Assembly (NCBI GenBank): GCA_020718525.1
Contig: DYRX01000002.1
Coordinates: 1-42,176 of the forward strand
Direction of reading: 5' to 3'
DNA: 42,176 bases
From: Victivallis vadensis
GTDB taxonomy: Bacteria; Verrucomicrobiota; Lentisphaeria; Victivallales; GWF2-50-93
The first letter of the stretch is position 1; every line of letters begins with the position of its first letter. The position numbers and the translations under genes were made by a program. This document shows, one piece after another, positions 1 through 6,275 of this stretch. The notes beneath the pieces are model-generated. The model saw only the letters and a program-made list of their open reading frames with translations. It was not told the origin of the DNA and ran no database searches.

Positions 1-39
1 GCCCATTCCCATCGGTCCTGTTCCATCTCCTCTTGGCAT
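1..39 (-). CDS. DUF5320-like small Gly/Arg-rich protein; only the first 13 codons are present and the gene runs off the left edge
   Basis: The minus-strand ATG at 39..37 is preceded by AAGGAGA (rc of 47..53) with a 7-nt spacer. It translates as MPRGDGTGPMGMG, and its first 11 codons are nucleotide-identical to the downstream paralog at 72..230. Confidence 0.55.
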   Translation of the reverse strand, partial: MPRGDGTGPMGMG

Positions 40-71
40 TTTGATTTCTCCTTATTCCATTTGTTTTTTAT

Positions 72-230
72 TTAGCGGCTGGCAGACTGACCGCGTCCTC
101 CGCGCCCCTGTCCTTGTCTTTTGCCAGCTCCTCCCGCCGGCGCTTTCGCCTGTCCGGCACTACAAGAACCACGCCCGCGCCCAGTTCCCGCCCCTTTTCC
201 CATCGGTCCTGTTCCATCTCCTCTTGGCAT
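72..230 (-). CDS. DUF5320-like small protein (52 aa), absent from the ORF track because it is shorter than 60 aa
   Basis: My own translation of the minus strand gives MPRGDGTGPMGKGAGTGRGRGSCSAGQAKAPAGGAGKRQGQGRGGRGQSASR with a stop at 74..72. AAGGAGG (rc of 238..244) lies 7 nt upstream of the ATG at 230. From memory, the MPRGDGTGPMG...GRG..C N-terminus is the hallmark of the DUF5320 family, which clusters with NifX-like and Mrp genes in anaerobes. Confidence 0.75.
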   Translation of the reverse strand: MPRGDGTGPMGKGAGTGRGRGSCSAGQAKAPAGGAGKRQGQGRGGRGQSASR

Positions 231-310
231 ATAATCACCTCCTTTTTAAATTAGGCTCGCTACGCTAGCAACTTCTTCCAGTCCGACCAGTCCGACCAGC
301 CGCCGGAAAA

Positions 311-691
311 TCATCTGAAACCAGCGCAGGCTCCCCTGCGCATCTGCCTGCGTCTGCCACAGCATCCTGGCATCACGTATCGCGTGTCTGAAAGCTTGCC
401 ATTCAAGATGGCGTCGAGCACCGCCTCCGTATCTCCGCAGACAAAGCCGGCGACATCTATTCCGTTGTTTCTGACAGCCGCCTCCTGCTCCCCCGAAATA
501 GCGCCGCATACGAGCATCTTGATGCCCAGATCTGAAAGTGCCTTGGCCCTTGCTGAAGGACCTACGCCAGAAATCATCGCATGAACGCGCCTTTCGATCC
601 TGCCGTCTGCAAGCTCGATCAGAAGAATATTCTCGGAGACATCGAAGACCGGAGATATCCTTCCCTGGCAATGAGACACCGCTATTTTCAT
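311..691 (-). CDS. NifB/NifX-family (dinitrogenase Fe-Mo cofactor biosynthesis domain) small protein with a Cys/Arg-rich tail
   Basis: The 126-aa ORF starts MKIAVSHCQGRISPVFD and contains MLVCGAISGEQEAAVRNNGIDV. This is the MKIA..../G..HFG-type fold pattern shared with the paralogs at 2580 and 3940. The overlapping ORF at 246..671 is treated as a shadow frame. Confidence 0.8.
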   Translation of the reverse strand: MKIAVSHCQGRISPVFDVSENILLIELADGRIERRVHAMISGVGPSARAKALSDLGIKMLVCGAISGEQEAAVRNNGIDVAGFVCGDTEAVLDAILNGKLSDTRYVMPGCCGRRRQMRRGACAGFR

Positions 692-742
692 TTTTCAGCT
701 TTCCTGATTCCGCTGAATATGCTCTTCTATGTTAGGCAGTTT

Positions 743-758
743 AGCATCATTCATGCCA
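743..758 (-). promoter_or_regulatory. Sigma-54 (-24/-12) promoter for the NifX-like/DUF5320 transcription unit
   Basis: The minus strand reads TGGCATGAATGATGCT, so GG and GC have the canonical 10-nt spacing of TGGCAC-N5-TTGCW. The element ends 52 nt upstream of the ATG at 691, and a sigma-54 activator gene lies next door. Confidence 0.65.
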
Positions 759-825
759 CTGGAATTTATTTAAGTCATATCTAATTGTATATAAATATGT
801 TATGTATCTTATCCAAAATCAGAGC

Positions 826-856
826 TTGACAATATCATCTTATTGTGCAATACTAT
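826..856 (+). promoter_or_regulatory. Possible sigma-70-type promoter for the activator gene (TTGACA, about 17-19 nt spacer, AATACT/TACTAT)
   Basis: TTGACA sits at 826..831 and AATACT at 849..854 (or TACTAT at 851..856). It is part of an 11-mer plus 10-mer module that recurs at 5142..5175. Confidence 0.3.
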
Positions 857-868
857 AAGGAGAACAGA

Positions 869-881
869 ATTGCATTATGCA
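869..881. promoter_or_regulatory. Palindromic candidate enhancer (UAS) ATTGCATTATGCA, copy 1
   Basis: It has a TGCAT-T-ATGCA palindrome core centred at 876. The 13-mer is identical at 2366..2378. The centre lies 119 bp from the first G of the GG in the minus-strand sigma-54 promoter. Confidence 0.5.
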
Positions 882-2322
882 TGCAGTATGCTTGAATCCT
901 GTACTTCGCAAATCATCGCTTAATTCGTTTCCGGCACTGCCGGGTCTGGACTTGTCAAAGATGGATCACAGCAACAGCATAGTTCTCGACTCGATCAACG
1001 AGGGCGTATTCACGGTCGGCCTCGACTGGCGGATACAGTCATTCAACTCAGCCGCCGAAAGGATAACCGGCATATCCAGGAAGGATGCGATCGGAAGAAA
1101 CTGCTCCGACGTATTCCACGCCGAGATATGCGAAAAGGAATGCGCCATCAAGCGCTGTCTTGAGAGCGGAAAACCCGTTGTGAACAGCACCGCGCACATC
1201 ATCACGAACCGTGGTCTGCGTCTGCCGATTCGCGTCTCGGCCGCCGCACTCAAGGATGCGAAAGGCAATGTGCTCGGCGGAGTCGAGACATTCCAGGATC
1301 TCAGCCAGATCGAGGCGCTCCGCAAGGAACTGCAGAAGACTCACTGCTTTGAGGACATTGTGGGGCGCAGTCCCATCATGCAGGGACTTTTCGAAATTCT
1401 CCCCCAGATAGCGGAAAGCTCCAGCACCGTCCTCATCGAAGGGCCGAGCGGAACAGGAAAGGAGCTCTTCGCAAGGGCGATACACAGGCTCTCCCCCAGA
1501 AAAAAGAAAAATTTTGTCGCCATAAACTGCGCCGCGCTCCCAGACACTCTGCTGGAGAGCGAGCTTTTCGGGCACAAGGCCGGCGCCTTCACGGATGCCA
1601 GGCGGGACAAGCCCGGACGCTTCGTGCTAGCCGAGGGCGGAACCATATTCCTCGACGAGATCGGCGACATCTCCCCCGCCCTGCAGGTCAGGCTACTGCG
1701 GGTCCTCCAGGAGCGCACCGTGGAGCCATTGGGCTCTGTGGATACAGTCCCGATCAATGTGAGGGTCGTCGCCGCCACAAACAGGAATCTGAAGGAGCTG
1801 GTTGCCTCCAAGAAGTTCCGCGAGGATCTCTATTACCGTATCCGCATCGTGCATTTGGAACTGCCAGAGCTCAGAAAACGCAGGGAGGACATTCCACTGC
1901 TTGTCGAGCACATTATCTCAAAGTTCAACCGGCTCCAGGGCAAGTCAGTGTCCGGACTGTCCCCGGAGGCGCTCGAGCGCATCATGTGCCACGACTATCC
2001 CGGCAACATACGCGAACTCGAAAACATGATAGAACAGGCGTTTGTCCTCTGCAGGGGTTCGCAGATCGAGCTCCATCATCTTCCCCCAGAACTGCGCCCG
2101 GAAACCGCGCACAAGACTGCGGCAAATTTCGGATCAATGACCCTGAAGGCAATGGAAAAACGCATGATAGAGGAAACTCTTTCAAGGCTTGGCGGCAGTA
2201 GGAGGAAGGCGGCGAAGGAGCTGGGCATAGATCCGAGCACCCTGTTCAGGAAGATGAAGGAGATGAAAATCGAGTTCCCCGAAAACGACGGCAGAAATGC
2301 AAAAAAGTCCTTCCTCCACTAG
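877..2322 (+). CDS. Sigma-54-dependent transcriptional activator (bEBP): Cys-rich PAS sensor, AAA+ sigma-54 interaction domain and Fis-type HTH
   Basis: The PAS region reads NEGVFTVGLDWRIQSFNSAAERITG. Walker A is GPSGTGKE, the GAFTGA-type loop is GAFTDA, and RELEN and a C-terminal HTH (AAKELGIDPSTLFRKMK) are present. The start is uncertain: ATG 877 sits inside the palindrome, and ATG 961 (MDHSNS) is an alternative. Confidence 0.9.
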   Translation: MHAVCLNPVLRKSSLNSFPALPGLDLSKMDHSNSIVLDSINEGVFTVGLDWRIQSFNSAAERITGISRKDAIGRNCSDVFHAEICEKECAIKRCLESGKPVVNSTAHIITNRGLRLPIRVSAAALKDAKGNVLGGVETFQDLSQIEALRKELQKTHCFEDIVGRSPIMQGLFEILPQIAESSSTVLIEGPSGTGKELFARAIHRLSPRKKKNFVAINCAALPDTLLESELFGHKAGAFTDARRDKPGRFVLAEGGTIFLDEIGDISPALQVRLLRVLQERTVEPLGSVDTVPINVRVVAATNRNLKELVASKKFREDLYYRIRIVHLELPELRKRREDIPLLVEHIISKFNRLQGKSVSGLSPEALERIMCHDYPGNIRELENMIEQAFVLCRGSQIELHHLPPELRPETAHKTAANFGSMTLKAMEKRMIEETLSRLGGSRRKAAKELGIDPSTLFRKMKEMKIEFPENDGRNAKKSFLH

Positions 2323-2365
2323 CTTTCTGATTTTCCACCATTCTCCTCTGACAAGGACAACAAGT

Positions 2366-2380
2366 ATTGCATTATGCAAT
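2366..2380. promoter_or_regulatory. Palindromic candidate enhancer (UAS) ATTGCATTATGCAAT, copy 2
   Basis: It is a 7-bp-arm palindrome centred at 2373. The centre lies 119 bp from the first G of the GG in the promoter at 2491. Confidence 0.5.
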
Positions 2381-2490
2381 GAATGAGTTGCCAATAGGCG
2401 ACAGCGCTGTCTTGAATATTTTATTATGACATATGTAAGTGTTTGTATTTAAGCATATTACATATTTATCTTTCTCTTATAAAATATTTC

Positions 2491-2506
2491 TGGCACGCAT
2501 ACTGCT
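2491..2506 (+). promoter_or_regulatory. Sigma-54 (-24/-12) promoter for the NifX-like/Mrp unit
   Basis: TGGCACGCATACTGCT matches TGGCAC-N5-TTGC apart from one position in the -12 element (CTGC for TTGC), with correct GG/GC spacing. It ends 74 nt upstream of ATG 2580, and the intervening stretch is AT-rich. Confidence 0.7.
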
Positions 2507-2579
2507 AAGCCATGAAACACGTTTTTGGCCTTGTCAGCAATTCAGGGCTCTATCAATATGATTACAAAGGGGAATTTTC

Positions 2580-2942
2580 ATGAAAATCGCGGTGACTTCT
2601 CAGGATGGAAAAATTGACGGAAAACTTGATCCCCGTTTCGGGAGATCTAAGCATTTCATCGTTTTCGACATCGAGAGCGGCAAGTCGGAGCTTGTTGACA
2701 ACAGCATCAACCTCAATGCGGCTCAGGGAGCTGGAATACAGGCAGGCAGAAATGTGGCGGAGCTCGGTGTCGGCGCCGTAATAACGGGGAACGTAGGACC
2801 GAAGGCGTTTGCGGTGCTCAACGAATGCGGGATTAAGATTTACACCGCCGGAGACTGCAGTGTCAAGGATGCCATAGAGAAATACAGGAACGGAGATCTT
2901 AAGCTTGTTGAAAACGCTAACGTCCAGGGACACTGGGCCTGA
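2580..2942 (+). CDS. NifB/NifX-family (Fe-Mo cofactor biosynthesis domain) small protein
   Basis: The 120-aa ORF reads MKIAVTSQDGKIDGKLDPRFGRSKHFIVFD...AVITGNVGPKAFAVLNECGIKIY, the classic pattern of this domain. Confidence 0.85.
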   Translation: MKIAVTSQDGKIDGKLDPRFGRSKHFIVFDIESGKSELVDNSINLNAAQGAGIQAGRNVAELGVGAVITGNVGPKAFAVLNECGIKIYTAGDCSVKDAIEKYRNGDLKLVENANVQGHWA

Positions 2943-3048
2943 TGCCGGAGCCGCGCATTCCTGTTATTTCTTACAATGTCCAATGACCAATCCGCCGAGG
3001 CGGAAATATCCAAACACCGAATTCAAAAAAATAAAGGAGGCAAATAAC

Positions 3049-4278
3049 ATGGCAGAAAACAAGTCTGACTGCTGTCCCAGGACTTCCGGGAACTGCGAAT
3101 CGGCATCCAGGAAAGATGATCTGGATCTTAAAAACCGGATGGGAAAAGTATGCAGAAAGATACTTGTCCTTTCCGGCAAAGGCGGAGTCGGAAAGAGCAC
3201 CGTTGCGGTAAATCTTGCATATGCTCTTTCAATGAAAGGTAAAAAGACCGGGCTCATTGATGTTGATCTTCACGGTCCCAGCGTGCCCGGAATTCTCGGA
3301 CTCAAGGGGAAGATGCTCGGGAATACGGCGGACGGCAAAATAAGACCAATGGAAGTGAACTCTAACCTGAAGGTGGTCTCGATCGGACTTCTCCTTGAAA
3401 ACGAGCGGGACGCAGTCATCTGGCGAGGTCCGATGAAGCACAATGTGATAAAACAGCTCCTGAAGGATAGCGAATGGGGCGAACTTGACTATCTTGTGAT
3501 AGACTCTCCACCGGGAACCGGCGACGAGCCTCTGGCGGTTGCACAGCTTGCCGGTGCCGGCTCATCAGCCCTGATCGTTACAACCCCGCAGTCGGTAGCT
3601 ACCGACGATGTCAGACGGAGCATATCCTTCTGCAACGAACTGGGGCTCGAAATGCTTGGACTTGTCGAAAACATGAGCGGCTTCACATGCCCGCACTGCG
3701 CAAAGGATGTCCCCCTCTTCGGATCCGGCGGCGGTGAAAACCTGGCGAAGGAAATGTCAGTGCCTTTTCTGGGCAGAATCCCCTTCGCCTCGGAAATAGT
3801 CACATGCGGAGAGGAAGGATCAGCATTTGTAGGATCCTCGTACAATGGCCCCTCGCTTCTGGCTTTCGAGAAGATTTTGGACAGAATATGTTCTGTTGAC
3901 AATAAAGTTTCGAACCTAAAAACAAAGGAAGAACAAAAGATGAAAGTGGCAATCCCAACAGCGGATGGAAAACTCTGCATGCATTTCGGACATTGCGAGG
4001 AATTTGCGCTCGTCGACGCGGACGCGGAAGAAAAAAAGATTATGGGCGTGACAAAGATAGTCCCACCGCCGCATGAGCCGGGACTGCTCCCCAAATGGCT
4101 TCATGAAAAAGGGGCAACTGTCATAATCGCCGGAGGAATGGGACAGAGGGCGCAGGATATTTTCAAACAGAACGGCATCAAGGTGCTGGTTGGCGCCCCG
4201 GCGGACAGCCCCGAAAACCTGGTCATGTCCTATCTTGACGGCACGCTGAAGGAAGGACAAAACACCTGCGACCATTGA
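3049..4278 (+). CDS. Mrp/NBP35/ApbC-type P-loop Fe-S cluster carrier ATPase fused to a C-terminal NifX-like domain
   Basis: I chose ATG 3049 (AAAGGAGG upstream) over the track start at 2905. The N-terminus is Cys-rich (CCPRTSGNC), the deviant Walker A is SGKGGVGKST, and a CPHC motif is present. From 3940 the sequence MKVAIPTADGKLCMHFGHCEEFALVD is NifX-like. Confidence 0.9.
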   Translation: MAENKSDCCPRTSGNCESASRKDDLDLKNRMGKVCRKILVLSGKGGVGKSTVAVNLAYALSMKGKKTGLIDVDLHGPSVPGILGLKGKMLGNTADGKIRPMEVNSNLKVVSIGLLLENERDAVIWRGPMKHNVIKQLLKDSEWGELDYLVIDSPPGTGDEPLAVAQLAGAGSSALIVTTPQSVATDDVRRSISFCNELGLEMLGLVENMSGFTCPHCAKDVPLFGSGGGENLAKEMSVPFLGRIPFASEIVTCGEEGSAFVGSSYNGPSLLAFEKILDRICSVDNKVSNLKTKEEQKMKVAIPTADGKLCMHFGHCEEFALVDADAEEKKIMGVTKIVPPPHEPGLLPKWLHEKGATVIIAGGMGQRAQDIFKQNGIKVLVGAPADSPENLVMSYLDGTLKEGQNTCDH

Positions 4279-4477
4279 TCTCGGAAATCATCAGAATCTT
4301 TTTATAATCTTTGAGGCTCCCAACACTTGGGGATCGCTGTTAATTTGCCGCTTTTGCCTTGCCGGAGATTCTTCTCAGGTGCTTTTGCGGCGAATGATCG
4401 CCGCCAGGAGAAAACGGTGAATAATCACCGCCCAGCGACAAGCTCTGGGCAGGCAGTCCAAAGAGCTTCGCTCTGGG

Positions 4478-4511
4478 CTTGTCCTCGCACAAAGGCACGG
4501 AGGCACAAAGA
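4478..4511. repeat. 34-bp perfect direct repeat, copy 1 (CTTGTCCTCGCACAAAGGCACGGAGGCACAAAGA)
   Basis: It is identical to 4690..4723. Internally it is three tandem 8-mers, GCACAAAG/GCACGGAG/GCACAAAG. Confidence 0.9.
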
Positions 4512-4689
4512 CGAAAAGTTTGTTGTGCCCGTAGATAGCAGGCGACTTTTTCGACTTACTGGGAAAATCAGTGTTCATCCGTGTCCATCTGTGGTTAAAA
4601 TATTCTTTTCTGCCTCTGACTGTTAAACTGTAAACCGAAAACGTTTCTTTTCACGCCAAGTCGCCAGCCGCGAAGTTAAGAGACAAGAA

Positions 4690-4723
4690 CTTGTCCTCGC
4701 ACAAAGGCACGGAGGCACAAAGA
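4690..4723. repeat. 34-bp perfect direct repeat, copy 2
   Basis: It is identical to 4478..4511, and the flanking sequences do not match each other. Confidence 0.9.
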
Positions 4724-4740
4724 TTTAACCCGGGAACACC

Positions 4741-4812
4741 GAGCACCAGCTCGGTATCTGAAAGAGAGCCCTCCCCTGGGAACGCTGAGCTCCAGCTCGG
4801 CATCCGGAAGAG
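4741..4812. repeat. Pair of imperfect 26-nt direct repeats (GAGCWCCAGCTCGGYATCYGRAAGAG) at 4741..4766 and 4787..4812
   Basis: The copies match at 22 of 26 positions and start 46 nt apart. A 7-bp-stem hairpin, GCCGACA-GGA-TGTCGGC, follows at 4814..4830. Confidence 0.7.
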
Positions 4813-4923
4813 TGCCGACAGGATGTCGGCGTTCCCATCCCGAAACTCTATCCCCTAAAGCCTTCGTATTTCGCATTTTTCAATTCGCATTTAGCATTTT
4901 GCACTCTTTCTGATTTTCTTCCG

Positions 4924-4942
4924 TTCAATATTCAATATTGAA
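4924..4942. repeat. AT-rich 19-nt palindrome TTCAATATT-C-AATATTGAA
   Basis: It has perfect 9-bp arms. The CAATATTG core recurs at 5126..5133 and CAATAT at 5170..5175. It could be an operator, but that is unproven. Confidence 0.6.
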
Positions 4943-5165
4943 ATTCAGTATTCAACAGCCGCAAACATGCGTATGGCGCTCTCCAAGATAATCTGGGCAT
5001 AATTCTTTCCGCAGACTTCCGCCCCAGATTATCTGATGAAAATTGCACCGTAATTTCCTGCAGGGTGCCGCGATCGTTCGTAAAGATTCGCTGAACGACG
5101 TAGTTCTGTGAATATTTACTTCCTGTCAATATTGCTCCTTGATTGTGCAATCGCAGGAAATTGTC

Positions 5166-5194
5166 TTGACAATATGCGATGTCGGATGATTGTA
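5166..5194 (+). promoter_or_regulatory. Possible sigma-70-type promoter of the 18.8-kb operon (TTGACA with a weak -10)
   Basis: TTGACA at 5166..5171 lies inside the 11-mer CTTGACAATAT, which is shared with 825..835. The only -10 candidate at 17 nt is ATTGTA, which is weak. Confidence 0.25.
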
Positions 5195-5253
5195 CCACAC
5201 TGAAGGTCATAACAGAAGAAGGCAATCTCATAAGTAACGAGGAGGAAGAGGAG

Positions 5254-6273
5254 ATGAAAAGAGTAGCGGAAAAGTTCAGAAATTCACTTGCAGGAGTATT
5301 GGGGATTCCGATCGCGATGCTTCTTGCGGCGCATCTCTTGGGCGGGTGCGTGAAGCAGAAGGTCGTAATTAAGGTGAAGCCTGACGGCTCAGGCAAGATC
5401 GCTTTGACCAGAACCTACAGCAAGGAAGGCACTGCGATGCTCGAACAGCAGATGAATGAGATGAAAAAACAGATGGCCGCCAACCCACAGCCGTACGGGT
5501 TAAGCATGGTTGACCAGGATCCCTTTTACAACGAGGGCATGCTTAAAATGGAGGCCGCGCAGTATGGTGATGATGTCGAGTTCGTCAGTGGGAAGAAAAC
5601 TGAAAGTCCTTCCGGAAAAGGTTGCATCGCCGTATATAAATTTTCAGACATCAACAAGCTGACAATCCCGCTCGGAAACAGTATAGGAGTTCCCAGCGGA
5701 ATGCCGGGCGGCGGGGTTGATTCAATCAGCTTCAAGTTTGAGAAAAAGGGGGATCTGGGATTTCTTAAGATAATTGTCCCGCAGGGAGAAAAAACGGTGG
5801 CGGAAAAGGTGGAAAAGAAGGAAGACAAGACTCCGGCAAAGCAAGAAAATGCGGAATTGCCTGCTTCGTCCACGGCTGATGCCGCTTCCTCGGAGCAGAT
5901 GACGTCCGAAGAGAAAAAAATGTTCAAACAGCAGATGGATGCCGTTGGAAATCCATTTGGCTTCACCGGGAACGAGTCGGAGGATGAAATTACAATGAAG
6001 ATGTTCAAAGGCTTCGGGCTGTCCCTTGCGGTCGAAGTCGAATCCGATATTGTCAAATCGGACGCTTCATATCCGGATGCCAAGAAGAAAAACCGCTTCA
6101 CACTTTACGATATTGACTTTGACACGATGATGAAGGATCCTGGATTCCTGAAAGACATGAGAACTGGCGGCGGCGGAATGGAGGCGATGATGAGGTCTTC
6201 CCCCATGTCGTATTCAGGCAAGCCTGGAGTGGTCTGTGAACCTAAAGAGGAAATAAGCGTGGAGTTCAAGTAA
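5254..6273 (+). CDS. Orphan lipoprotein (339 aa), first gene of the operon
   Basis: I chose ATG 5254 (GGAGGAAGAGGAG upstream) over 5179. The signal peptide plus lipobox reads IPIAMLLAAHLLGGC. I recognise no family; the middle of the protein is Lys/Glu-rich. Confidence 0.7.
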   Translation: MKRVAEKFRNSLAGVLGIPIAMLLAAHLLGGCVKQKVVIKVKPDGSGKIALTRTYSKEGTAMLEQQMNEMKKQMAANPQPYGLSMVDQDPFYNEGMLKMEAAQYGDDVEFVSGKKTESPSGKGCIAVYKFSDINKLTIPLGNSIGVPSGMPGGGVDSISFKFEKKGDLGFLKIIVPQGEKTVAEKVEKKEDKTPAKQENAELPASSTADAASSEQMTSEEKKMFKQQMDAVGNPFGFTGNESEDEITMKMFKGFGLSLAVEVESDIVKSDASYPDAKKKNRFTLYDIDFDTMMKDPGFLKDMRTGGGGMEAMMRSSPMSYSGKPGVVCEPKEEISVEFK

Positions 6274-6275
6274 GA

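Noticed and set aside
6-230. A 34-bp perfect direct repeat (6..39 and 197..230), considered as CRISPR-like repeats or insertion-sequence ends
   Set aside because: There are only two copies, 191 bp apart. Each is the start of a small minus-strand ORF with its own Shine-Dalgarno sequence, so the repeat is paralogous coding sequence.
246-671. A 141-aa minus-strand ORF overlapping the NifX-like gene
   Set aside because: It is an Arg/Cys-rich shadow frame of 311..691, which has the recognisable NifX-like pattern. It has no ribosome-binding site.
2905-3048. The N-terminal extension of the Mrp-like ORF in the track (start 2905)
   Set aside because: It overlaps the end of the upstream NifX-like gene and has no SD. 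ATG 3049 has AAAGGAGG upstream and gives a typical Cys-rich NBP35-type N-terminus.
4387-4404. The GC hairpin GCGGCGA-ATGA-TCGCCGC (and the one at 4814..4830) as an intrinsic terminator of the Mrp gene
   Set aside because: No U-tract follows on either strand, and the first hairpin lies more than 100 nt downstream of the stop. They are more consistent with REP-like structure than with a terminator.
4327-4876. Three 66-99-aa ORFs in the 4.3-5.2 kb spacer
   Set aside because: They are built from the short DNA repeats, give low-complexity Cys/Pro/Arg-rich peptides, lack ribosome-binding sites and overlap each other on both strands. I treat the region as non-coding.
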